Shown piece by piece: positions 37,322 through 46,057 of a DNA stretch of 64,000 bases. A model generated the notes under the pieces. It was not told where the DNA came from, made no database searches, and worked only from the letters and a program-made list of their open reading frames with translations. The stretch lies in IMG/VR virus record IMGVR_UViG_3300033149_004458, positions 1 through 64,000 of that record; one strand, written 5' to 3'. How positions within the stretch are numbered: position 1 is the first letter of the stretch; each line of letters begins with the position of its first letter. The position numbers and the translations under genes were made by a program. The stretch is from a virus.

Positions 37322-37906
37322 CTATCCCGGTAGTCTCAGCGTTCTAAATGTCAGAGCGAATGTCGAAGTATTGAAACGCTCTGTAATAGCGACGCGAGTA
37401 GTACCACTAGCCATAACTGCTAACATGCCAGCAAATGCGGCCCCATCAGTTGCGGCATCACAAGCACGCAAACGGCAACCAGGAACCTGAATCGCTGGAC
37501 TATAGACATATTGCCCAGACGGAACAGTAAAGACACCACCACCAAAAGCTAGTGCCTGGGACCCACTGGGGATTACCACGCTCTCTTGGTAACCAGGATA
37601 CGTTAGATATACTGTTCCTGTGAATGGCGCGTTTCCAGTCTGGTCAAACCCATGGCGCAGAGCGTATGAATATGAGGGATAGTTAATCAGAGGTGGCTCT
37701 CTGCGATCATTCTGCCAAGTAAGAACAAACATGGCTTCCGCGGCCTCAGCTGGTGTGTCGGGCAATTTTACGCCAGGAAGATCAGTTAGGCGGCCAGTCA
37801 AATCGCTGGGGTACCCAGGATTAGAGGTAAATAATACCATACGGCCCTCTGTGATGTCTTCTGTTACAACAACACCTGTTACATCCGTGTTCTTGTTGAT
37901 TTCCAT
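37322..37906 (-). CDS. capsid decoration/cement-like protein
   Basis: Between scaffold/protease and capsid genes; beta-rich. Confidence 0.6.
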   Translation of the reverse strand: MEINKNTDVTGVVVTEDITEGRMVLFTSNPGYPSDLTGRLTDLPGVKLPDTPAEAAEAMFVLTWQNDRREPPLINYPSYSYALRHGFDQTGNAPFTGTVYLTYPGYQESVVIPSGSQALAFGGGVFTVPSGQYVYSPAIQVPGCRLRACDAATDGAAFAGMLAVMASGTTRVAITERFNTSTFALTFRTLRLPG

Positions 37907-37913
37907 TTAATTT

Positions 37914-38846
37914 TTACTCCCGTCTTAATTCTTTCAGACCCTGGCGAACGATTTCCACAATGTCGTTCTCGCTAGGATCATCTCCGTGTACATCTGGTAC
38001 ATGGACCGAAGCAGCAGAACTTTTAACCTTTTTCATTGCTTCTAGCATTAACTCAAAAGTATTATCGTCCATTGCAGCCCATGCGTCTTGCTTCTCCTGG
38101 ATTTCTTCCAGAGAAAACTCAAAACCAGCGGCTTTTAAAGCCTCTACACGTTCAGCGAGTTTGCTGGCCTTTGCGTCGGCTTCTTCTCGCTCTTTCTTAT
38201 ACTTACGTAGTGTGGCGACTTCTTCCTCTAAAGTAGCCAATGTTTCCTTTAGCTTTGCCAACTCCTTTTCTGCCGGAGATTCAGTTTCCCCAGATGAGTC
38301 CTCTGTGGTTACTTCTTCTTGTGCAGTATTCTCATCATCAACTGTAGAGGCCACGGAGAGAACTGGTGTCCGATCTCCATATGCCGGTTTGCTGACAATA
38401 GCAGCTCCAACCAACACGGGGTCAGAAAGCCATTCCACACCATCATCATCAATAGTTGATTTTGAATAAAGAATTTCCCAAGAGATATTAATAGGCTCAT
38501 CACTAGAGTGTTTTTCGACAAGCATTTTGTATTCGTCTGGTTTGTCAGCTTTCCAAATTGCCGCCTTGCCTAAAATTTTATCCTCTTCTGGGGTTAGTTT
38601 GGCAATAGTGCCAAGAGGCTTGGCGTTATCGTGGTCTTTACTGATCTCGCCTTCACCGATCTTGAGTGGCATAAATAACCCAGAATCTACCAACGCAGCA
38701 AAAGCAGAACGTGGAACACCCTGCTTATTCTCGTTTGGCTTGTCATCTGTTAATATAAATTCTAACCACCCAAGGTTGGGATGCCCCTCGGAGGCATTAG
38801 CCTGGACAAACTGTGCGGAAGAAGTTAGCCTTAACTTTTTGTCCAT
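37914..38846 (-). CDS. prohead protease/scaffold protein
   Basis: PNENKQG, H, ISWE, GAAIVSKPAY protease-like N-terminus; acidic coiled-coil C-terminus. Confidence 0.75.
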   Translation of the reverse strand: MDKKLRLTSSAQFVQANASEGHPNLGWLEFILTDDKPNENKQGVPRSAFAALVDSGLFMPLKIGEGEISKDHDNAKPLGTIAKLTPEEDKILGKAAIWKADKPDEYKMLVEKHSSDEPINISWEILYSKSTIDDDGVEWLSDPVLVGAAIVSKPAYGDRTPVLSVASTVDDENTAQEEVTTEDSSGETESPAEKELAKLKETLATLEEEVATLRKYKKEREEADAKASKLAERVEALKAAGFEFSLEEIQEKQDAWAAMDDNTFELMLEAMKKVKSSAASVHVPDVHGDDPSENDIVEIVRQGLKELRRE

Positions 38847-38852
38847 TTATTG

Positions 38853-40310
38853 TTACTCCATATTTTGTTTATCTGGTTGGGGGCTGAAGGGTACCGGAGC
38901 AAAGTCTGGAAGGCCTAGTTCCTTCATTTTCTTCTGTTCCTTAGCACGTCGTTCCATTTCGACATTGAAGTCAAAATCAGCGATTTCCCCAAGCCCGGTC
39001 TTAGAAATAACTCCACGGTCATGTAATTCCACACCAATACTCAATAGGTCTGCAAGCTTTTGCAGCCTGATTGGAGGATAATATGGTTCTGGTACTCCCT
39101 TGAAATTATTTCGTTTCTGTATTTCCTTATAAAGGTGCCTCACAAAAGATAGCAAATCTTCCCGCATAGAGTCAATTGAACAACTCGACGGCAACATAGC
39201 TACCTCTGATGTTCCAGCACCACTTCTAAGGTTCTCTCCTACCAAGACAAGCCTTGGTAAGCCAAGAGCAACAAGTATATCCTCATTGATTGAGCGGTAC
39301 TTACCCTCGTCCAAAAGAGCCTTAGTGTCTGGCATTATCCAATCAATTTGTAAAGTATGATTACTGAACAATTGAAAGACTCTTTCAACGTTGTTGGGCA
39401 AACCCCTCCAATACATTTGTTCTCTTAATTCAGTTATTTGGTCGGCATCATCCTCTGTAAGAGGATATTCGTCATTTCCTAATCTAAACAACTGAATGGC
39501 CTGAATAACTCGTGCAGCGATAGAGTAATCCATTTTTCTTAAATTGCGTTTGTGCATAAAAAGCTCAAGAGCTGGTAACAAATACGGCGTCGGCCACACG
39601 TTACCACTTCTTGGCTTTCTTCGCACGACAAACGGATCAGGAAGTTTGAAGAAAGTATCTCCATTTTTTACAGCACGTACAAAATCTGGGTAATTTTCAA
39701 CTAATAGCTCATAAGTTTCTTTATCTTGTGACCCATCTTTAAATTTACCATTGTTCATAATGAAATAGCGATCTTCGTCTGATACCTTTACAAATACTAC
39801 TAATCGGTTAGGTAAAGGTGTTTTCTTTATGTCTAATGAGTTCGGGTCTCTAACCCAGATATCTACAGGCAATAAAACACTACCGCGACGCCGTTGCTCT
39901 ATACTACTAAGTCTAATTCTGTCCCACGTAACTTCTGGTATAACAAGCCCAGACAATAGATACTCCAAGGATGCCTCATTGAGAAACCTAGAAATTCTTT
40001 CATTTAATGATTTATAGACGACAAATTCCCTATCCGTACAGCTCCCTTGATTGATCTTGTAGCCATTGTTTGCAATTTCCACTTGTTTATTAATTGTGGA
40101 GTGGGCTAAACCCTCATGTGTATAGAAAAACCTACAAAGGCTGACAATTGCATGATAATCGGTTGGGACAACCATTTTATCTATTGCAGAACGCCCTTTG
40201 CCCAGGCTCCAAAGGGCTCCATCAGTGTCTACTTCTGTTGGAAAACTATAAGCAGCCTTTGCCAGGCGAAACACTTGCGTCTCTCCACCAATTACTATTT
40301 CTTCCGGCAT
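38853..40310 (-). CDS. portal protein (485 aa)
   Basis: Directly after TerL; size and helical pattern fit. Confidence 0.8.
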   Translation of the reverse strand: MPEEIVIGGETQVFRLAKAAYSFPTEVDTDGALWSLGKGRSAIDKMVVPTDYHAIVSLCRFFYTHEGLAHSTINKQVEIANNGYKINQGSCTDREFVVYKSLNERISRFLNEASLEYLLSGLVIPEVTWDRIRLSSIEQRRRGSVLLPVDIWVRDPNSLDIKKTPLPNRLVVFVKVSDEDRYFIMNNGKFKDGSQDKETYELLVENYPDFVRAVKNGDTFFKLPDPFVVRRKPRSGNVWPTPYLLPALELFMHKRNLRKMDYSIAARVIQAIQLFRLGNDEYPLTEDDADQITELREQMYWRGLPNNVERVFQLFSNHTLQIDWIMPDTKALLDEGKYRSINEDILVALGLPRLVLVGENLRSGAGTSEVAMLPSSCSIDSMREDLLSFVRHLYKEIQKRNNFKGVPEPYYPPIRLQKLADLLSIGVELHDRGVISKTGLGEIADFDFNVEMERRAKEQKKMKELGLPDFAPVPFSPQPDKQNME

Positions 40311-40314
40311 TTAT

Positions 40315-41868
40315 TTACCCCCATCTTGGCCTATACAATCCTTTGTGTTTTCGCCAAGAATAATCTTCAAATTCTTCAGTCATATAATGACCCACTATAA
40401 AGCAGAGTAGCGCAGCGAGGTTATGATCTTCTCCGTGTCTTGTCCCCCCGCGTAAAGTAAGAGTCTTAAAAACTAATTCGCCACTAGGAGTCTTTGAATA
40501 AGTAGTTCTCTCTAACTCACCGATAACCGCCTCATCCAAAGAAGTAAACTGTATCTCATGGTTATTGACTTTGGTTTGCAAAAGCTGCATAGCAAACTCT
40601 TTTGCTCTTACTTCGACACGATCACCCGCTTCATCCATTCCGACAGGAAGCATAGAACGGAATTGGACAGGTACTATTCTATCCTTATAGTTTTTATACT
40701 TAAACTTTTGGTCGCCCAAGAGGTGTTGAACGACCGCCTTGCCAGAACTCCCTTCATCTATCCCCAATACCTGTGGATTATAAAAAGAATCCAGCCTATC
40801 TATAATAACTTCTTGCAGTGGGTACTCTACATGCCTCAGTGTAATCCTTGCAAGATACCGCCACAAACGAGCAACTCTATAAAGAACAAAGATCACAGTG
40901 GGGTCAGTATAACCAAGGTCAATCCCGAATTCTACCATATTTACATCTTTTTCCATTTGTGGGAGTGCGTTGTAAAATCTGGTAAGATAGGTCTTGTCCT
41001 CCTTTATCTTCGTTCCAGAGAGAGTGGCCCTGAAAACACTGTATTTACCAATAAGCATCCTTGCGCGGTCGAATAAAGCATAAGAAGGAGCGCCATGTTC
41101 TCCAAGAACCAGGTGAACGTAATCCTCACCCTCAACACCACCATATTGTCTCCTATTTCTTTTTTCATCAGCATCGGTGTATCTTGGGTTCATGTGCTGA
41201 GAAACTCGATGTTTTGTATACCCAGTCTCCCTTTGGTCTACTTGGTAGAGAACGTTTTTCTCTCTCATGCCGGTCGGCACACCAGAAACTATTAGTTGAA
41301 ATCCTTCTTCCCAAGTGTTAAGGCATGGTTGAAGCTCTAGCCAGGTTCCCCAAGGGTATAAAGCGGCCTCGTCAACGATTATAATTGGAGAATGAAGCCC
41401 AACCACATTTGCTCCAGTCCCAGATTGTCCAGCTATTCTACAATCTATTACTGCTGAATTGTAAAGAATTATTCGGTATGACTGAGAATTAATTCCAGTT
41501 CTTCCAATGAAACTACTCAAGAAGGGGTTCGTTCTAAACCAACGAGACATTCTTAAGAATACTGGTTCTAAGTGTACCTTATTAGGAACAGTGTAAACTA
41601 GAGGGTCATTCCAAAATTTATTAATTGAATACCATACCAATTTATCAATAATAGAAACGGTTTTTCCTATGCTTCGTCCACAACAAATAGAAACATAAGG
41701 GTTGAAATCGCAGAGAAACTCTTTCTGGTAGCTTGTGTATTCCCACTGTTCTTCTTTGGGCAAATCATCGTTGTCCAAAGCACGAATAAACTCACCAAAC
41801 CAAAGCGGGTGACGGATAACTTCCAGTAAAGCCAGCTCTTCTTCATCGAGTCTTTTTACTATCGCCAT
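40315..41868 (-). CDS. terL: terminase large subunit
   Basis: Walker A GRSIGKT, Walker B IIVDEA, SGVP coupling motif, RNase H-like GIDLG...DH. Confidence 0.9.
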   Translation of the reverse strand: MAIVKRLDEEELALLEVIRHPLWFGEFIRALDNDDLPKEEQWEYTSYQKEFLCDFNPYVSICCGRSIGKTVSIIDKLVWYSINKFWNDPLVYTVPNKVHLEPVFLRMSRWFRTNPFLSSFIGRTGINSQSYRIILYNSAVIDCRIAGQSGTGANVVGLHSPIIIVDEAALYPWGTWLELQPCLNTWEEGFQLIVSGVPTGMREKNVLYQVDQRETGYTKHRVSQHMNPRYTDADEKRNRRQYGGVEGEDYVHLVLGEHGAPSYALFDRARMLIGKYSVFRATLSGTKIKEDKTYLTRFYNALPQMEKDVNMVEFGIDLGYTDPTVIFVLYRVARLWRYLARITLRHVEYPLQEVIIDRLDSFYNPQVLGIDEGSSGKAVVQHLLGDQKFKYKNYKDRIVPVQFRSMLPVGMDEAGDRVEVRAKEFAMQLLQTKVNNHEIQFTSLDEAVIGELERTTYSKTPSGELVFKTLTLRGGTRHGEDHNLAALLCFIVGHYMTEEFEDYSWRKHKGLYRPRWG

Positions 41869-41869
41869 A

Positions 41870-42499
41870 CTACAATGGTGGCCCTATTTCTATATTTTTG
41901 CCTGACTTTAACTCTGAGCTAGAAACGGTGAAAACCTTCCTACAACGCTTCCTGCCACAAGATAAAGTAATTTTGTTGTCCTGTTCTGGGTAGAGAAACC
42001 ACACCTTAGCAATCAACATTCCACACTTTGGGCAATAAATTTCTGCTAAGCGGTCAGCAAGAAAATGTTTTGCTCGCTTTTTCAAATCTGTTAAAAGCTC
42101 ATGAACGGATTCCCCGCTCTGCTCTTTTCTAGCCTTTCTTGTAATATTTAAGTCGCCCTGAATAGTAGAAGCAGTTGCGCGTAGTCGCGCTGCCATACGG
42201 TCTATTTTCTCCAATGCGGTCAGGTCTGGTTCATCATCGTTTAAAATATCTTGTTGTCTCTCCGAAAGCTGGTCTAGCATTACTGAGATTTTGGCAAGCT
42301 CACGCAACGACAGCATGTCATTTGCTGTCATATCAGAGAGATCATAGTCTGTCTCAAATGATTTTAAGACCTTTGCTATTCTACCTTCCAGGCCACCACT
42401 TCTTACATTATCTACGACTTTTTCTAGTTCCTCTTCTGAAAGTCCTCGATATTGTGGTAAATTAGCAAGCTGCTTCGCCGTCATTCTTTTCTTAGCCAT
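41870..42499 (-). CDS. terminase small subunit-like protein with C-terminal Zn ribbon
   Basis: Immediately upstream of TerL; likely start MAKKRMT; CPKC...C...C. Confidence 0.6.
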   Translation of the reverse strand: MAKKRMTAKQLANLPQYRGLSEEELEKVVDNVRSGGLEGRIAKVLKSFETDYDLSDMTANDMLSLRELAKISVMLDQLSERQQDILNDDEPDLTALEKIDRMAARLRATASTIQGDLNITRKARKEQSGESVHELLTDLKKRAKHFLADRLAEIYCPKCGMLIAKVWFLYPEQDNKITLSCGRKRCRKVFTVSSSELKSGKNIEIGPPL

Positions 42500-42608
42500 A
42501 ATCACACTTGCTCCAACCACAAGACATACATAAACTGCACCTTCCTGTTCGGTATAGAGTTTCTCCACAGATAGGACAGGTTTCATCTACACTTAACTCT
42601 TTGTCCAT
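42492..42608 (-). CDS. Cys-rich Zn-ribbon micro-protein (38 aa; not in ORF track)
   Basis: SD GAGGAGG; MDKELSVDETCPICGETLYRTGRCSLCMSCGWSKCDYG; alternative start at 42659. Confidence 0.7.
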   Translation of the reverse strand: MDKELSVDETCPICGETLYRTGRCSLCMSCGWSKCDYG

Positions 42609-42662
42609 TGGTGGTTCCTCCTCATGTGGTTCATATGTTATAATGGGTTCGCTATCCATAAT

Positions 42663-42866
42663 CTACAAATCATCTCCTAGAGGAACAGTGAAAATTCTAT
42701 GCCTGGCACGCTTATTTCTTTGCTCTATAGTTACCAGAGCTTTGACCCAGGCCGGCCAATCTCTATAGTCCACACCAACCAGACCATATTTTTCTTCGCA
42801 TTGTCTACACACCCAAAACTGGGGTGTTATTGGTTTATCGCAAATAACACATCTGTTCATTGGCAT
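42663..42866 (-). CDS. Zn-finger hypothetical protein
   Basis: CVIC...CRQC. Confidence 0.65.
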   Translation of the reverse strand: MPMNRCVICDKPITPQFWVCRQCEEKYGLVGVDYRDWPAWVKALVTIEQRNKRARHRIFTVPLGDDL

Positions 42867-42885
42867 CTTCTGAGAAAAGTTAATC

Positions 42886-43068
42886 TTAATGATAGAGAAC
42901 GTCTTTGGCAACAAGGTAAAGCCAAACGATTAGCATAAAAGCCACACTAAGTACAACTCTAAGTGAAACACTAGCAACTTTAACACAACTAAGTAAAATG
43001 TAAACAAGAGCCCCACAAAGAATGGCTATAAAACATCTTGCAAATGTTGCTATAACTTCTGCATCCAT
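42886..43068 (-). CDS. small two-TM membrane protein
   Basis: SD GGGAG; two hydrophobic segments. Confidence 0.6.
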   Translation of the reverse strand: MDAEVIATFARCFIAILCGALVYILLSCVKVASVSLRVVLSVAFMLIVWLYLVAKDVLYH

Positions 43069-43079
43069 TTTTCTTCTCC

Positions 43080-43178
43080 CTATGGAATATCATAAAAAAT
43101 CCAGTATAGCCCCGCCGCAAGAGCGATTATCCCAATAATAAGTAGGAAAACAGTGATTCCGCTCGGACACTTTTGCAT
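43080..43178 (-). CDS. single-TM micro-protein (32 aa)
   Basis: SD AAGGAG; MQKCPSGITVFLLIIGIIALAAGLYWIFYDIP. Confidence 0.6.
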   Translation of the reverse strand: MQKCPSGITVFLLIIGIIALAAGLYWIFYDIP

Positions 43179-43205
43179 CTTGTGCTCCTTTTCATCTTAA
43201 TGTTA

Positions 43206-43415
43206 CTAATCGTGGGCATACCACAGCACTTCTCTAATACGCCAGAGCTCTTCTAACAGATCAAGCAAATCGGACGAATCATTTATAACTTTCCTGGCGA
43301 TTTCTGTAGTAGACATTCCAGCTTGATTGTTTAGGTAATCTCTCATTTTATCTAAGACCGACCGCATGTCACGTAGAATTCGCTCTTCACTATTCATAGT
43401 GTTGTTTCCTCTCAA
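43206..43415 (-). CDS. hypothetical protein
   Basis: Coupled ORF; SD GAGG before the internal MNSEER start. Confidence 0.65.
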   Translation of the reverse strand: MRGNNTMNSEERILRDMRSVLDKMRDYLNNQAGMSTTEIARKVINDSSDLLDLLEELWRIREVLWYAHD

Positions 43416-43978
43416 TAAGATGTTGCAGCTTCAGCTGCTTCAAGAAAGTTAACTGGCTTGAAATCCCAACAGTCTACCCCAACATCACATGAGTTTATTA
43501 GCTTCCTGAGCTTTCCGTGGCTATGCCCATAGAAGTGTAATGCTCCATAGTGAGATTTATCCCAAACGCGCATAGCATAATGACAGAGGACCACGGGTAA
43601 TTTGGGAAGCAGTCCAGAAATAGAAACCATCCGTGGGAGTATCTCTATTTTCCCAGAGGTTGCCCAACCGGGGCTCAGCCGCTGAATCCATCTATAGTCG
43701 TGGCTCCCTGGGACAACTTTTATATTCCCATTGAGCCTGCCCAAATATTGATTAACCCTCTCTAATAGAGAGAAATCCCCTAAATATAAAACTAGGTCGT
43801 TCTGTTTAACCAGAGCGTTCCAGTTAGAGATCAGTTTTTCATCCATTTCCTCTACTGAACTAAAGGGTCTGTTGCAGAATCTTATTATATTGGCATGTCC
43901 AAAGTGATGGTCTGCCGAAAGCCAGATGTTCTTATAATTAACACCTGTAAATTTTATGGTCCTCTTGTAATCCATCAA
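43412..43978 (-). CDS. calcineurin-like metallophosphoesterase
   Basis: ADHHFGH, LGDF, GSHD, CHY, GHSH motifs. Confidence 0.9.
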   Translation of the reverse strand: MMDYKRTIKFTGVNYKNIWLSADHHFGHANIIRFCNRPFSSVEEMDEKLISNWNALVKQNDLVLYLGDFSLLERVNQYLGRLNGNIKVVPGSHDYRWIQRLSPGWATSGKIEILPRMVSISGLLPKLPVVLCHYAMRVWDKSHYGALHFYGHSHGKLRKLINSCDVGVDCWDFKPVNFLEAAEAATSY

Positions 43979-44090
43979 TGCTCTTCCTGACTTTATTATA
44001 GGTAAATACTAAAAGTAGTCCAACTAAAATAAAAGCAACAAATAAAGCAATAAGGGCAATATAGTCAAACTGAATGATTAAAGCTAACAT
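43938..44090 (-). CDS. single-TM micro-protein (50 aa)
   Basis: MLALIIQFDYIALIALFVAFILVGLLLVFTYNK...; fills the operon gap. Confidence 0.5.
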   Translation of the reverse strand: MLALIIQFDYIALIALFVAFILVGLLLVFTYNKVRKSIDGLQEDHKIYRC

Positions 44091-44308
44091 AATTTATCTT
44101 GTTCCCTCGCTATATTACTTTGCGCAAGCAAATTTAACATTTCGCGCAACTGCTGAATGAGAGTATAAACATCTCCAGCTTTTAAAGTAACAAACCTTTC
44201 AATTTTGCCGGTTTCTTCACCTATTATGAAACTAATAAATCCAAGTGCGTCGGTATCCACAGTAAGTTTGTTACCATATATTCCACTATATATTATTTTT
44301 GACATCAT
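44084..44308 (-). CDS. hypothetical protein
   Basis: TAATG coupling to the RNA ligase gene. Confidence 0.7.
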   Translation of the reverse strand: MMSKIIYSGIYGNKLTVDTDALGFISFIIGEETGKIERFVTLKAGDVYTLIQQLREMLNLLAQSNIAREQDKLC

Positions 44309-45207
44309 TATCTCCCATCAAAGATTTCCGGTAGAAGTCGCTTTACCTCCTCGATGGTACTAGAATAAAAGAAGCGAAAATTTATTGTTACGTTTCCATA
44401 CGATTTCAAAATATTCCACATCTCTTCAGTGATAATCTCGTGCCAAACACGACCAAACAGCTCTGGGATTCGCTTACGTGAGAATGGGCCGGTTTCTCTC
44501 ATTTTAGCTAAAACCTTGTTTAGTCTTGCCTCTGTAACAAATTCCTGAGCTAGTTTGTGTTCAAGGGGGGACATTTGTGCCCGTGGCAGGCCAAAATTAT
44601 TAATATGCTTCTCTCTAAACTCATTTCTCACAAGCTTCGCCCAGACTGTTCTACCATAGTTATTTTTAAAACCATATCTCTTTACAACAATTCCCTCTCC
44701 ACTACCTTTGCCATCCTCAATCAGAAAAGTATTAGAACTCAGCAACTTGACAAGATGTTCTTCTGTTGGGTTATCAACAATCTCTATTGGCGGAATAAAA
44801 TCAACTCCGTATTCTTGTAAGGCTTCTATGTATTCATAATATGGGAGATATTCTTCTCTAGCATCATCAAAGACATCAAAAACATAAAAATGTTTCCATG
44901 CATCTTCTCTATACGTTTTAAGAGTATGCGGAACCAACCATTCTCCATATAGTCTCCAAGAAGGCTTATCAGAGAATAACGCGAGAAGCCGTTTTTCCAT
45001 TGGCGAAGATAAAACAAAGTCTAAAAATCCTGCGTTATCTTTCTCTAGTGTCAGCTCCCGTTTTCTACTTCCTGCATGTAGCTTCCCATTATACCAAACT
45101 GAGGCATTGGTGCCATCTATTTTAGGGAATATATAGCATGTTCCAACATTTATTCCTGCAACCTCATCAAGACCAAATCGCTCAATGTGCATATATGGCT
45201 TAAACAT
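44308..45207 (-). CDS. ATP-dependent RNA ligase, Rnl2-like
   Basis: Motif I KIDGTN, LYGEW, FYVFD, GEGIVVK, WAK...EFRE; helical C-terminal domain. Confidence 0.85.
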   Translation of the reverse strand: MFKPYMHIERFGLDEVAGINVGTCYIFPKIDGTNASVWYNGKLHAGSRKRELTLEKDNAGFLDFVLSSPMEKRLLALFSDKPSWRLYGEWLVPHTLKTYREDAWKHFYVFDVFDDAREEYLPYYEYIEALQEYGVDFIPPIEIVDNPTEEHLVKLLSSNTFLIEDGKGSGEGIVVKRYGFKNNYGRTVWAKLVRNEFREKHINNFGLPRAQMSPLEHKLAQEFVTEARLNKVLAKMRETGPFSRKRIPELFGRVWHEIITEEMWNILKSYGNVTINFRFFYSSTIEEVKRLLPEIFDGR

Positions 45208-45239
45208 TATCCTTGCCTCATTTCTAGAGTAAGCATATC

Positions 45240-45533
45240 TCAGTATGGGTATCTTTTCTGTTCTTTCTCAGCAATTTCATCTTCTATATCTGTTGCTTGT
45301 TCTCCTAGAATCTCATGTCTAAGCCTGATAAAAGCTCTCTCTGGAACAGTGTGCCCACGCTTAAGATGTTCCTGAAGATGCTCATACGCTTCCTCTAAAG
45401 ACGTAAAGACAGAATTCCATGTTTTTCCTTGGCGCTGGTCTTCTATAAGAATAAGACACATCTGACAGACAATAGTGCCGTCGACACTGGGATACATATA
45501 AACATCCCCCTCGCTAAATCTACAGTATGACAT
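45240..45533 (-). CDS. hypothetical phage protein
   Basis: MSYCRFS..DVY.Y; SD GAGGAG. Confidence 0.75.
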   Translation of the reverse strand: MSYCRFSEGDVYMYPSVDGTIVCQMCLILIEDQRQGKTWNSVFTSLEEAYEHLQEHLKRGHTVPERAFIRLRHEILGEQATDIEDEIAEKEQKRYPY

Positions 45534-45597
45534 ATTGCTCCTCTCTTGTTTAATGATAAAATTCTTGGTGCCTGTATTTCTCTCCTAATCTATTTCC

Positions 45598-45626
45598 ATT
45601 ATAGCAAATGGTAAGATTTTTGTCAA
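45598..45626 (-). promoter_or_regulatory. consensus sigma70 promoter
   Basis: TTGACA-17-TATAAT with TG extension. Confidence 0.9.
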
Positions 45627-45693
45627 GTTAGTTCAACCATAAGATTTCTTCGTTGTTATTAGTCAGTGAGAAGTTATCCTTTTGTCTTTCGAC

Positions 45694-45891
45694 TCATTTC
45701 AGTTCACGCTCCACCTGTTCTGAGGATAGCTTTGGAAGAGTGTCGCACAATGTATCAGGAACACACGGTGTTGTCTTTAGCCCTCCCCGCTCGCTATGTT
45801 CAAGCCTATATGATATCCAGCATCCTGTGGCAACCGCGATCAAGACAGCTCCTAGTATCAATATTCCTATCCAGGCAGAAATCATTTCCAT
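45694..45891 (-). CDS. small membrane-anchored protein
   Basis: SD AAAGGAG; N-terminal TM; own promoter. Confidence 0.7.
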   Translation of the reverse strand: MEMISAWIGILILGAVLIAVATGCWISYRLEHSERGGLKTTPCVPDTLCDTLPKLSSEQVERELK

Positions 45892-45923
45892 TCTTTCTAA
45901 ACTCCTTTCCTTGAATCATTTTC

Positions 45924-45952
45924 ATTTTATCATGTGATGAAATTTTTGTCAA
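45924..45952 (-). promoter_or_regulatory. sigma70 promoter
   Basis: TTGACA-17-TAAAAT with TG extension. Confidence 0.85.
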
Positions 45953-45985
45953 GCCAAACCAACCGTTTTTCTTTATTGCTACAGA

Positions 45986-46057
45986 CGAGAGAGCCAGGGA
46001 TCGAACCTAGATCTCTGATTTTGGAGACCAGTATTTTGCCGATTAAACTACTCTCTC
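45986..46057 (-). tRNA. tRNA-Trp (CCA anticodon), 3' CCA not encoded
   Basis: Acceptor GAGAGAG/CTCTCTC, D arm GTTT/AAAT, anticodon arm CTGGT-CTCCAAA-ATCAG, T arm CTAGG-TTCGATC-CCTGG. Confidence 0.92.

Noticed and set aside
42500-42586. N-terminal extension of the TerS-like ORF
   Set aside because: The region is better explained by the Cys-rich micro-gene in another frame, coupled to the ATG at 42499.
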